From a virus: 64,000 nt of DNA. The stretch is from the IMG/VR virus record IMGVR_UViG_3300032397_000005, positions 41,444 to 105,443 of that record. One strand, given 5' to 3'. The notes beneath the pieces are model-generated. The model had not been told where the DNA came from and made no database searches. It worked only from the letters and a program-made list of their open reading frames with translations. Position 1 is the stretch's first letter. The number at the start of each line of letters is the position of its first letter. Shown piece by piece: positions 43,834-52,400 of this stretch. A program made the position numbers and the translations under genes.

Positions 43834-43842
43834 GGAGGGAAC

Positions 43843-44292
43843 GTGCAGCCAAACTTGATCCACCCGATTCCCGTGATCATCCAGCGGATGGAGCGGGCAA
43901 TCACGGTCCTGGACCCGGTGGCGCGGGAACCGGTCCGGCAGATCTGGCGAAACGACTCCGGACCGGGAACGGGCGCGTCCATTCAGCTCGTGGCTCAGGT
44001 TAACTGGAATGAGGGGACGATTGCGCGACCCACCTTCCGCGCGGGGGGCGTGGAGGAGGCGTGGCGTGGGTACCTTCTCTTCAGGATCTTCGATCTGGTC
44101 CTGGCGGGTGTGGCGACGGAGGTTGCGGACGGGACGGTGGAGGTTGCGCTGGCGCGCGGGGATCGGGTTGTCCGGATCGGAAGGCGGGAGGTGAACCTGT
44201 ACCTCCTCTACTTTCGGGACGTGGCCTCCTACACGGATCAGGGTGGGTGCACCCTCCTCGAGATCCGCTTCGACGACCGAATGGCCGCCTGA
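43843..44292 (+). CDS. head-tail stopper/closure protein
   Basis: Beta-rich, LARGDRVVRIG; position. Confidence 0.6.
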   Translation: MQPNLIHPIPVIIQRMERAITVLDPVAREPVRQIWRNDSGPGTGASIQLVAQVNWNEGTIARPTFRAGGVEEAWRGYLLFRIFDLVLAGVATEVADGTVEVALARGDRVVRIGRREVNLYLLYFRDVASYTDQGGCTLLEIRFDDRMAA

Positions 44293-44293
44293 C

Positions 44294-44905
44294 GTGGGTG
44301 CCAAGCTGACGTTGAAGGGGGCCTGGAACTCCCTCTTGGACTTCCTAGACCCGACCCACCTTCAGGCGCGGCTCCGCGTGGAGCTCAAGCGGAAGATGGC
44401 GCAGCAGGTTCAGTTACTCCGCGCGGACGTCATCCGGTACATTGACCAGGAGCGGCACGGGATCCCTAACTCACCGCTGACGATCCTGGTCAAGGGGAGC
44501 TCCAGACCGCTGGTGGACCGCGGGGACCTCCGTCAGAGCATCAGCGCGTCGGTGGAGGTTTACGGAGCGAACGTCCGCGGGGCGGTGGGGGTGATGCGGT
44601 CCGCGCGCGGGAAGGGCGGGAAGGGGTTGGTCAGCGTGGCGGCGGCGCTCCATGAGGGGTTCACCATCAAGGTGACGCCCAAGGTGAGGGCGGCGGTCTT
44701 TGCGGAGATGCGGAAACGGCGTGGGAAGGTGGGGAAGGGTAAGAAGCGGCGGGGCGCAACGATCGACACCTCCGGGCTCTCCGGAGCGGGCGCGCGGGTC
44801 TGGCACGTTCGTGGCCGTCCGTTCATCCGGCAGCCACTCGATGAGGCAACCCAGCGCATTGTCATGGCTCTCGGTGACGGGGTGTCCCTTACCCTCAAGA
44901 AGTGA
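44294..44905 (+). CDS. neck/tail completion protein (Mu gpG/HK97 gp10-like)
   Basis: PNSPLTILVKGSSRPLVDRGDLRQSI, ALHEG, RPFI. Confidence 0.8.
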   Translation: MGAKLTLKGAWNSLLDFLDPTHLQARLRVELKRKMAQQVQLLRADVIRYIDQERHGIPNSPLTILVKGSSRPLVDRGDLRQSISASVEVYGANVRGAVGVMRSARGKGGKGLVSVAAALHEGFTIKVTPKVRAAVFAEMRKRRGKVGKGKKRRGATIDTSGLSGAGARVWHVRGRPFIRQPLDEATQRIVMALGDGVSLTLKK

Positions 44906-46248
44906 CAACGTGCCGCCTCATAACGGAACTCTCCTGGGAACCCGGGCAGGGGTTTGACCCAAGATCCGCTACCTCCTTCTCGGATGCTAACATGGTTCGA
45001 CTTGACCCGACTGACGACCGGGTCAAGCTCAGGCTCCAGCCCGGGTTCATTTTTCCGTTGGATGTGGATCTCTCCGTCAGAACGCGGGTCGCGCGTCCGG
45101 AGGCGGTCCGGCGGCTCCTCCTACTCCAACTCGACGCGGAGGTCCCGGAGGGGACCTCCGTTGGACTGCGCCTTCACGACGGGACGGGGGAGCTGTGGTG
45201 GGACGGCGCGGCCTGGACCACTCCCGCTGCCGGGGAGTGGAACACGGTCGCGGAGGTGAACGTTCACGTCACCACCTTCCCGGTAACCACAAATCGGGCG
45301 TTTGCGGTGGTCCTCAACCTCCTGACGACGGACGAGAAGGTGACCCCCACCGTGAGTGAGGTCCTGGTCCTGTGGGAGGGGGACGTGGACTGGGTTGCGG
45401 ACGCCCTCCTCGACTCCTTGACGGCAACCTTCCAGGAGGACGCCACGTTCACCGCGGATCTGGCGCTCCCTCCGCTCCCGACAACGGTCACGTCCATTGA
45501 CCTCGACGCCTACCGAGACGAGGCGGAGCTCACCTTCGCGGGGGCGGAGGCGGTCTACGACCACGCGGCGGATCCGGAGCACCTGATCAACCTCCTCTCC
45601 TCCTATAACCCGACCACGCGCGTCCTCACGCTCACCGCACCGGGTATCCTGGCAACGGGCGTGCCGTTCCTCAGAATGCGGGCGCGTGCTCAGGTGGCCT
45701 GGGACACGAATCAGGACTGGGCGGAGGTTGGGAAGTTGCCCCAGGTGGTGCTTAGGGACGCGGAGACGCTCATCTCATCTTCGTACCCAATGTCGGCCGC
45801 TAGGGGTATCATTCGAGAGGATACGGGGGCGGGTGTCCTCATTCCGCCCCCAATGAGGACAACTTACCGAATCACGATGGAAGTGCGGATCAACCGGAGC
45901 AGGGAGCAGGCGCGGCTCCTCGAGAGTTTGACGCGGCTCCTGACCGTCGGCCCCACCGGGGAGGTTGGGCCGTTCCTGAGGGTTCGGTCCACGGACGAGC
46001 GTTACCGGATATGGCTCGTGAGTCAGTTCAACGCAATGTCTCCAGGACTTGAGGACGGAGACGTGCGTTCCTTCCAGATGGACTTCAGGATCGAGGACGT
46101 TCGGGCGCACCTGAGACCGGCCGAGGATCGTCCATCTGTCCAACGGCTCAAAATGAACTGGGCGCAGACATCCTCGGAGGCCGAACAGGACGCGCTGCTG
46201 CGCGGTTCACCGGTCCCGAGTACGGCGCCGGAGACCTACGAAACGTAG
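44902..46248 (+). CDS. putative tail terminator-region protein
   Basis: Lies between neck and sheath; 448 aa. Confidence 0.55.
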   Translation: MTTCRLITELSWEPGQGFDPRSATSFSDANMVRLDPTDDRVKLRLQPGFIFPLDVDLSVRTRVARPEAVRRLLLLQLDAEVPEGTSVGLRLHDGTGELWWDGAAWTTPAAGEWNTVAEVNVHVTTFPVTTNRAFAVVLNLLTTDEKVTPTVSEVLVLWEGDVDWVADALLDSLTATFQEDATFTADLALPPLPTTVTSIDLDAYRDEAELTFAGAEAVYDHAADPEHLINLLSSYNPTTRVLTLTAPGILATGVPFLRMRARAQVAWDTNQDWAEVGKLPQVVLRDAETLISSSYPMSAARGIIREDTGAGVLIPPPMRTTYRITMEVRINRSREQARLLESLTRLLTVGPTGEVGPFLRVRSTDERYRIWLVSQFNAMSPGLEDGDVRSFQMDFRIEDVRAHLRPAEDRPSVQRLKMNWAQTSSEAEQDALLRGSPVPSTAPETYET

Positions 46249-46262
46249 ATAGGAGGACATCA

Positions 46263-49200
46263 ATGTCGGTTCGTCGATTTGGCCCAGTACTGGGAGCCGG
46301 AGTTCAGGTGGAGGAGAAGGAGGGGGATCAGCAGATCAACCCGGCACCCCTTGGCGTGAGCGTCATGATTGGGGACTTCGAGCGCGGCGTCCCCGGTGAG
46401 CCGGCATTCCTCTCCGGCGTCCTTGACCTGAAGAGAAGGAACGGGGGGAGGATCCCGCTGTCCGACGCACCCCAGGCGGCGCTCGACTTCTACAAGTTGG
46501 GGCGGGGAGCCGGGGAGCTGATCACCTATCGGGTGACCGGAGGGGACGAGCGGCGCGCGGAGTTGACCCTCCACACGCGCCAGGGGACAACCGCGTCCGG
46601 GGCAAGTTCCCCCAGCAAGGCGTACGTCCTGGGCTCCGTGGTTGGACCGTGGCCGCTGGCGCACAACGGGACCCTTGTTGGTGCCGTGGATCACACCGCG
46701 GAGGACATCGCGACGATCGCCGCAATCTCCGCCACCCTCCAGAACGGGGCGGATGAGAACTTTGCCCTGTCGAACAACATGACCCTGACCGTCAAGATCG
46801 ACCGCGGTCCGGTTCAGACCATCCTGTTCCTCACCGGGGAGTTCGTGAGCATTGCGGCGGCAACGGCGGAGGAGGTGGCGGCGGTCATTGCCAATAAGAT
46901 CTCCGGCGCGAGCGTGAGCGTGACCTCCGGTGGGAAGCGCGTCACGATCACCTCGGACACTCAGGGGACGGACTCCTACATCGAGGTGACCGGGGGGACG
47001 TCGAACACGGCGCTCCTGTTCCCCACCGCGGAGACGGCCACAACCGCCTCCAACGTGGCGGATGTGACGCAGGTCACCTCCGCGGAGCTCAAGACGATCC
47101 TGGAGGCGGCCTGGAACAACTCCGCGGGCATCACCGTGACGGCTCCCGGGGGGTACCTCCGGATCGAAACCAACCTGGCCGGTGCGGGCGGGTACATGCA
47201 GGTCATCGCCACCTCCACGCTCGACACAATCCTCGGGCTCGACAATTCTGAGCACCAGGGGTCCGCCGGGGCGGCGGCGGCGCTTTCCTCCGGGCGGAAG
47301 GTCCTGGGGAAGCTGTACGCCAAGAACGGCGGGAAGTGGGGCGGGCAGCGGAAAACGCACGTCGATACGCTCACCGGTTCCGGGGACATCACCGCGACCA
47401 CGCTCGACACCGGGGACACGCTGGTGGAGAACGAGTGGGCGGGTGGGACCCTGGAGCTCAAGAAGGTCACGACCAAGACCTACCGGATCACCGGGAACAC
47501 CGTGGCCGGGGTGGTCTCCGTGGAGGGGGACCAGAACCTCCTCGCGGACTGGACCGCGGGCGCGGGGACGCCGGCACTTCGGTACGTCCTGACGCGTGAG
47601 AACGTGGATCACCTTACGAAGGACAAGCACCTGGCGGTCGTCCTGGGGAACGGGAACGAGAACCCCACCACGGAGTTCTCCCTGAAGATCTACGTGGACG
47701 GAGCCAGCGTCGGGAAGGGTTATAACAACCTCTCAACGGACCCGACCAAGGCCAACTACTGGGTCAAAGTCATCAATGACGACCCGTCCAACCGGGAGGT
47801 GACCGCCACGGACCTCTACGTCGGGGATAAGACGGTGGCGGCGGTCCGGGCGGCAAACTTCTACGGTCTGAGCAAGGTCCTGACGTCGCTGACCCTCACG
47901 CTCCCGGATCCGGACGTGACGGTGACGTCCCCGGGTCTTGCCAACCCAACCGTCGTCTTCGTGAAGGGCACCGCCGTGCGCTCCCAGATCCTGACCGGGA
48001 CCGTGCAGGGCGGCGGGGCGCACATCATCTGGACAACCAGCATCGGGACGCTCTCCGTCCTCCAGACCACGTTCACCGGGGTGGCAACGAACCTGGGTCC
48101 GGAGATCGGGACCGTGACCCTGACCAACGGGACGACCGTCCTATCTGCCGGGGACGTGGTGACGCTGGAGATCCTGGCACTTGTCACGAATGAGGCCAAG
48201 GGTGGGACGCTCTGGCCGAGCGTGGTGGCTAAGCCGAAGCTGGGCTTCTACGTCGACTCAAACACGCGGACAACGGTCTCCGTGCGGACCGGGCTGGACC
48301 TGACGGACGGGGCGACTATCGTGGCCGGGACTCCCTTCATGCTGGCGTTTCAGGAGGAGTTCGGGCTGGGGTGCAACGGGGGACCGCTGGCGGACGCGGA
48401 CTTCCTCCCGGCGCTCGACGCCAACCTGTCCACGCTCCGGAGGATCTTCGGCCGGAACAAGGGCATGGTCAAGCTGGCCGTCCCGGGGGTGGTCTCCACG
48501 GTGGTTCAGCGGGCGGCCATCGAGTTTGCGGCCGCGATGAACTGGGGCTTTAAGGTTCAGATCCCGGACACCATCCTCACGGAGGCGGACGCGATCGACT
48601 ACGTCAACGGGACGATCGGGCGCTCGGACTACGCCTCGACTCACTTCCCTTCCTACGGGTCCGTTCTCGACCCGGACGCCACCCCGGGTGCGGGGGACGT
48701 CCCGCTGAAGCAGCAGACCTTGGTGGGGATGATTCTCGGGCGAGAGGCGCTGGTGGCGCGGCAGTACGACGGCTACCACAAGGCGCCGGCTGGGATCGAC
48801 GTCACGCTCCCGGACGTCATGGAGCTCCCGACCGGGAACCCGGAGGAGCAGATCGCGCTGAACGAGGAGATGACGAATCCGCAGGGTTTGAACCTCGTTA
48901 AGTTCCGCCAGGGGGTCTGCATCCTCTGGGGGGATCGGACCCTCTCCCCGACCTCGGAGTGGAAGTGGTTTCACCAGCGCTGCCAGATGAGCCACTACGA
49001 GAACCTCATTCGGGAGAATTTCGACTGGATCGTCTTCGCCATCAACAACCCGACGGCGTGGCAGCGGGTGGCGACGACGCTCCGGGCCTTCTTCCTCCCG
49101 GAGTGGACGAAGGGGGCGCTTCGGGGCAAGACGTTCACGGAGGCGTTCAAGCTGAAGCTGGACGAGGAGAACAACACGGATCTGACCCTCTCCGCCGGGG

Positions 49201-49295
49201 ACCTGAACGCGGAGCTCACCCTGAAGCTCGCGGACACGGTGGAGCGGTTCAAGATTGTTCTCGGGAAAGCCGGCATCTTCGACGCGGTGGAGTAG
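46263..49295 (+). CDS. contractile tail sheath protein
   Basis: GAGVQVEE..IGDFERG N-terminus; GYHKAPAG, NPQGLNLV..WGDRTLS, WIVFAINNP..W, FLPEWTKGAL C-terminus. Confidence 0.93.
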   Translation: MSVRRFGPVLGAGVQVEEKEGDQQINPAPLGVSVMIGDFERGVPGEPAFLSGVLDLKRRNGGRIPLSDAPQAALDFYKLGRGAGELITYRVTGGDERRAELTLHTRQGTTASGASSPSKAYVLGSVVGPWPLAHNGTLVGAVDHTAEDIATIAAISATLQNGADENFALSNNMTLTVKIDRGPVQTILFLTGEFVSIAAATAEEVAAVIANKISGASVSVTSGGKRVTITSDTQGTDSYIEVTGGTSNTALLFPTAETATTASNVADVTQVTSAELKTILEAAWNNSAGITVTAPGGYLRIETNLAGAGGYMQVIATSTLDTILGLDNSEHQGSAGAAAALSSGRKVLGKLYAKNGGKWGGQRKTHVDTLTGSGDITATTLDTGDTLVENEWAGGTLELKKVTTKTYRITGNTVAGVVSVEGDQNLLADWTAGAGTPALRYVLTRENVDHLTKDKHLAVVLGNGNENPTTEFSLKIYVDGASVGKGYNNLSTDPTKANYWVKVINDDPSNREVTATDLYVGDKTVAAVRAANFYGLSKVLTSLTLTLPDPDVTVTSPGLANPTVVFVKGTAVRSQILTGTVQGGGAHIIWTTSIGTLSVLQTTFTGVATNLGPEIGTVTLTNGTTVLSAGDVVTLEILALVTNEAKGGTLWPSVVAKPKLGFYVDSNTRTTVSVRTGLDLTDGATIVAGTPFMLAFQEEFGLGCNGGPLADADFLPALDANLSTLRRIFGRNKGMVKLAVPGVVSTVVQRAAIEFAAAMNWGFKVQIPDTILTEADAIDYVNGTIGRSDYASTHFPSYGSVLDPDATPGAGDVPLKQQTLVGMILGREALVARQYDGYHKAPAGIDVTLPDVMELPTGNPEEQIALNEEMTNPQGLNLVKFRQGVCILWGDRTLSPTSEWKWFHQRCQMSHYENLIRENFDWIVFAINNPTAWQRVATTLRAFFLPEWTKGALRGKTFTEAFKLKLDEENNTDLTLSAGDLNAELTLKLADTVERFKIVLGKAGIFDAVE

Positions 49296-49349
49296 TCCTC
49301 CGCGGAAAGATAGGAACGGAACAATCAACTCTCAACGGAGGACAAGAAA

Positions 49350-49661
49350 ATGGGTAGCGGAATTGCAAGGATCGTGACCGGAATCTACACGGGGAGCGGG
49401 GCGGCAAAGAGCATCATCGGGGACAAGGTTGGCTTCAAGCCGAAGCGGGTGATCATCAGCCGGATGACCACCGCCATCGACCAGGGGGAGCACATCGAGG
49501 GGATGGCGGCGGCCTCCTTCATCCAAACGGTTGGGGCGGACGGGATCCGGACGCTCGTGACCACGGAGGGCATCACCCTACAGGCCACGGGGTTCTCCCT
49601 GGGGACGGACGCCCACATCAACAACTCGGGGGACACCTACCGCTTCGTGGCGGAGGAGTAG
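49350..49661 (+). CDS. small virion protein
   Basis: TGIYTGSG...VGFKPKRV...INNSGDTYRFVA. Confidence 0.7.
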   Translation: MGSGIARIVTGIYTGSGAAKSIIGDKVGFKPKRVIISRMTTAIDQGEHIEGMAAASFIQTVGADGIRTLVTTEGITLQATGFSLGTDAHINNSGDTYRFVAEE

Positions 49662-49702
49662 ATCCGGCGGGGATCGATCCCATCGCCAGGAGGAGGATTT
49701 AA

Positions 49703-50686
49703 ATGACGAAGATCACCAAGGAAAAGTATCACGGAGGACGCGACGTCTCGACCGGGGAGCTGGCGGATGACCTCCGAGACGTCGCAGACGACCTCGCGAC
49801 GGTGAAGGCGGGGGCATCCATCACGGCCTCGGCCGTTTCCGCCACGGCGGCGGCCGACATCGCGGCGCTGGTGGCGCCCGCCCCAACGGCGGTTGCCGCC
49901 ACGGACATCGCGGCGGTGGCCGCGGGCGCTCCCGCCGCAACGGTCGTGGTCGACGTGGGCGAGACCTACGGCGTGGCGGACGGCTTGGTCGCGGGGGTAC
50001 CAACCACAGCGAGCACTCAGGCAGTCGATCCCGCGGCGCTCCTCGAGTGGAACGTGAACATCCCCGCCGGGTACGCCTTCGCCAACGCGGTCGGCATGTA
50101 CTGGGCGGCTCAGGTCGACTTCAAGGTATCCACCGGCGCGAAGCGCATGGACATCGCCCAGGCCATGTACGCCTGGATCGTGATCAAGGAGAACGGCGCG
50201 GGCGTGGTGGCGATGCACGTGGTCCTGGGAACGGCGGCCGCTCTCGGGGCCGAGGTCATCCCGAATGACGCCGCAATCGACGCCAGCGTGACGCACGCTC
50301 GTTGGTGCAAGCTGGCCCTCTGCCACGCGAGCCGGACGGCGGACGCCGTGGTCGCGTGCACTCAGGATCCGTCCTTCATGAAAAAGTGGGGCGGGGCCGG
50401 AACGACCCTGATCAACGACCTCAAGGCGAAGTACAACGTGGCCGTGACCGCCATCGCGGAGCTGCGTGTGTTGGCCGGGACGGTCCTGACCATGGTCAAC
50501 GAGAACAAGTCTAAGTTCAACATTGGCGTGACCGCCATCGCGGAACTCCAGACCGTCGGAGCGACCATCCGCACCCTGGCCAACGAGGTGAAGGCGGACC
50601 TCGCCGAGGCGCGGGCGATCGCCAACGAGGTCAGGACGGACTTGAACGCCCTGGGCGGTGTGACCCTGAAGACCACCAAGGGCTAG
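49703..50686 (+). CDS. putative head/collar fibre protein with coiled-coil repeats
   Basis: Ala-rich; repeated TL.N..K..N..VTAIAEL. Confidence 0.65.
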   Translation: MTKITKEKYHGGRDVSTGELADDLRDVADDLATVKAGASITASAVSATAAADIAALVAPAPTAVAATDIAAVAAGAPAATVVVDVGETYGVADGLVAGVPTTASTQAVDPAALLEWNVNIPAGYAFANAVGMYWAAQVDFKVSTGAKRMDIAQAMYAWIVIKENGAGVVAMHVVLGTAAALGAEVIPNDAAIDASVTHARWCKLALCHASRTADAVVACTQDPSFMKKWGGAGTTLINDLKAKYNVAVTAIAELRVLAGTVLTMVNENKSKFNIGVTAIAELQTVGATIRTLANEVKADLAEARAIANEVRTDLNALGGVTLKTTKG

Positions 50687-50718
50687 TCCTCCGCTCTAGC
50701 GGAGGAGAGGAGAAGCAG

Positions 50719-51159
50719 ATGAAGGGCATCATCCTACCGGACCACATCCCGGTCAACAACTACCAGATGATCATCGTGGGTGGACCGCCGTTCATCACGT
50801 TCACGTCCATCGACGGGCTGGAGGAGGAGCTGGAGACGGTCGACCTCCCGGATCGGACCGTGGCAAGCGGGGGGAATACCAAGAGCCTGGAGTTCACGGC
50901 GGCGCATCCCAAGCACCACGCGGCGGAGGACATCTTCCTCGAGCTCTGGTTCATGACGTGCCAGGATCCCGTGCTCCCGATCTACAAGAAGGCGGCTACA
51001 CTCCTGGTTCAGAGCATCTCCCGGATGCAGACGCGGTCCTACAACCTCATCGGGCTGTTCCCGTCGAAGCGGAAGACGCCGGACCTGGAGATGAACAACG
51101 AGGGGGAGCTATTCACCACGGAGTGGACGTTCAAGTGTGACCGGCTCATTCCGGTCTAG
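50719..51159 (+). CDS. tail tube protein (T4 gp19-like)
   Basis: 146 aa; FTSIDGLEEE, YKKAATL, YNLIGLFPS; position. Confidence 0.8.
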   Translation: MKGIILPDHIPVNNYQMIIVGGPPFITFTSIDGLEEELETVDLPDRTVASGGNTKSLEFTAAHPKHHAAEDIFLELWFMTCQDPVLPIYKKAATLLVQSISRMQTRSYNLIGLFPSKRKTPDLEMNNEGELFTTEWTFKCDRLIPV

Positions 51160-51277
51160 CGTTCGGGCGGTGACGGAGGCGCGCCAACAGACCGTCGGAT
51201 CTCCGGTGGTAACTGGGGCGGCCGGATAGAGGGACGAGGACCTCACAACGACCCAGATGGGTCCACTTGGAGGAGTC

Positions 51278-52189
51278 ATGCAGACCCAGGAACAAGTAGA
51301 GAAGAACCGGACCGGGGACGCCCGTCTGCCCGTCGTTCCCCCGGACCTTGCGGCGCTGGACGGGCAGCAGACGGGGGACGTGGAGAAGCTCCCCTCCCTG
51401 GCGGACGTGGGGAAGTTCCTCCCGCTCGGGTTCCGGGACCAGACCGGAGCCATTCACCGGGACTTCGATCTGGTGGAGTGGACGTACGAGTTGGAGGAGC
51501 AGCTTGGGGAGCTGGCGAGTCAGAATCAGGAGATGACCATCAACGTGTACGTCTCGGAGATCATCGCGCATGGTCTGGCTCGAGTGGGGACGATAGACGT
51601 CTCGAAGATGCGGCGGTCCGAGAAGCGGCTCCTAGTCCGTAACATGTTCTTCTCCGACGCGCTGTACGTCTACATCTGGATCCGGATCGGAGCACTTGGG
51701 CCGGTACTGAAGCTCAAGTCGTTCCGGTGCTCCTCCTGCGGGAAGACAATCGAGGAGTTCTCCGGGGACCTCCGGACGCTGGAGGTCCGGACGTTCGACG
51801 GGAAGGTCCCAAGCAGGTCGGTCACCCTTGATCAGGGGGTGCTCTACGCGGGGAAGCGACTCGCGGAGTTCACCGTGGGTCCGGTCAGGTGGGCGTTCAT
51901 GGAGACGGACGACCCAACGATCCTCTCCAACCCGGCGAAGTTCAAGCTGGCGAGCATCCAGCAGGGGGTGGTTGCTCTGAAGGGAGCTCCGGAGGGTCCG
52001 GTCTACCTGACCGCGGAGCACCTCCGGTCGATGCAGCCGCGGGAGATCAACGTCCTGGTTCGGGAGATTGACCAGTGCGGCGGCGGGCCGGTGATGGAGA
52101 TTCGGGACACCTGCCCGAAGTGCAGACGGGAGTTCCGGCAGGCCGTCAACTGGAGCTACGAGGGTTTTTTCGCACCTTCTTCCCAGTGA
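51278..52189 (+). CDS. tail assembly chaperone / baseplate hub assembly protein
   Basis: Two CxxC motifs, CPKC...W..GFF C-terminus; between tube and tape measure genes. Confidence 0.75.
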   Translation: MQTQEQVEKNRTGDARLPVVPPDLAALDGQQTGDVEKLPSLADVGKFLPLGFRDQTGAIHRDFDLVEWTYELEEQLGELASQNQEMTINVYVSEIIAHGLARVGTIDVSKMRRSEKRLLVRNMFFSDALYVYIWIRIGALGPVLKLKSFRCSSCGKTIEEFSGDLRTLEVRTFDGKVPSRSVTLDQGVLYAGKRLAEFTVGPVRWAFMETDDPTILSNPAKFKLASIQQGVVALKGAPEGPVYLTAEHLRSMQPREINVLVREIDQCGGGPVMEIRDTCPKCRREFRQAVNWSYEGFFAPSSQ

Positions 52190-52389
52190 CGCCTCGGGAC
52201 GTTCTCTGGGAGGAGGAGTTCGCAATCCTGGTTGGGAGTGAGGGGGCCTACCGGGCGGCGGACGTGTGGCGGATGACGCCGGAGAAGCGGGTCTGGGTGC
52301 TCCGGAGGATCCGTAGGATGCAGGAGAGGATGCGCCGAACGTCAAGTGGCGTCGCCGGGGGAGAGCCCAAGATCCCGCGACGTCGGTAG
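52162..52389 (+). CDS. -1 frameshift extension of the tail chaperone
   Basis: G GGT TTT slippery heptamer at 52162-52168; the -1 frame reads FRTFFP...LWEEEFAIL...DVWRMTPEKRVWVLRRI. Confidence 0.75.
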   Translation, partial: GFFRTFFPVTPRDVLWEEEFAILVGSEGAYRAADVWRMTPEKRVWVLRRIRRMQERMRRTSSGVAGGEPKIPRRR

Positions 52390-52400
52390 GAGGAAACCAC

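Noticed and set aside
50687-50706. Hairpin TCCTCCGCT-CT-AGCGGAGGA before the tail tube gene as a terminator
   Set aside because: No U-tract. It may affect RNA stability or the RBS, but this cannot be supported from sequence alone.
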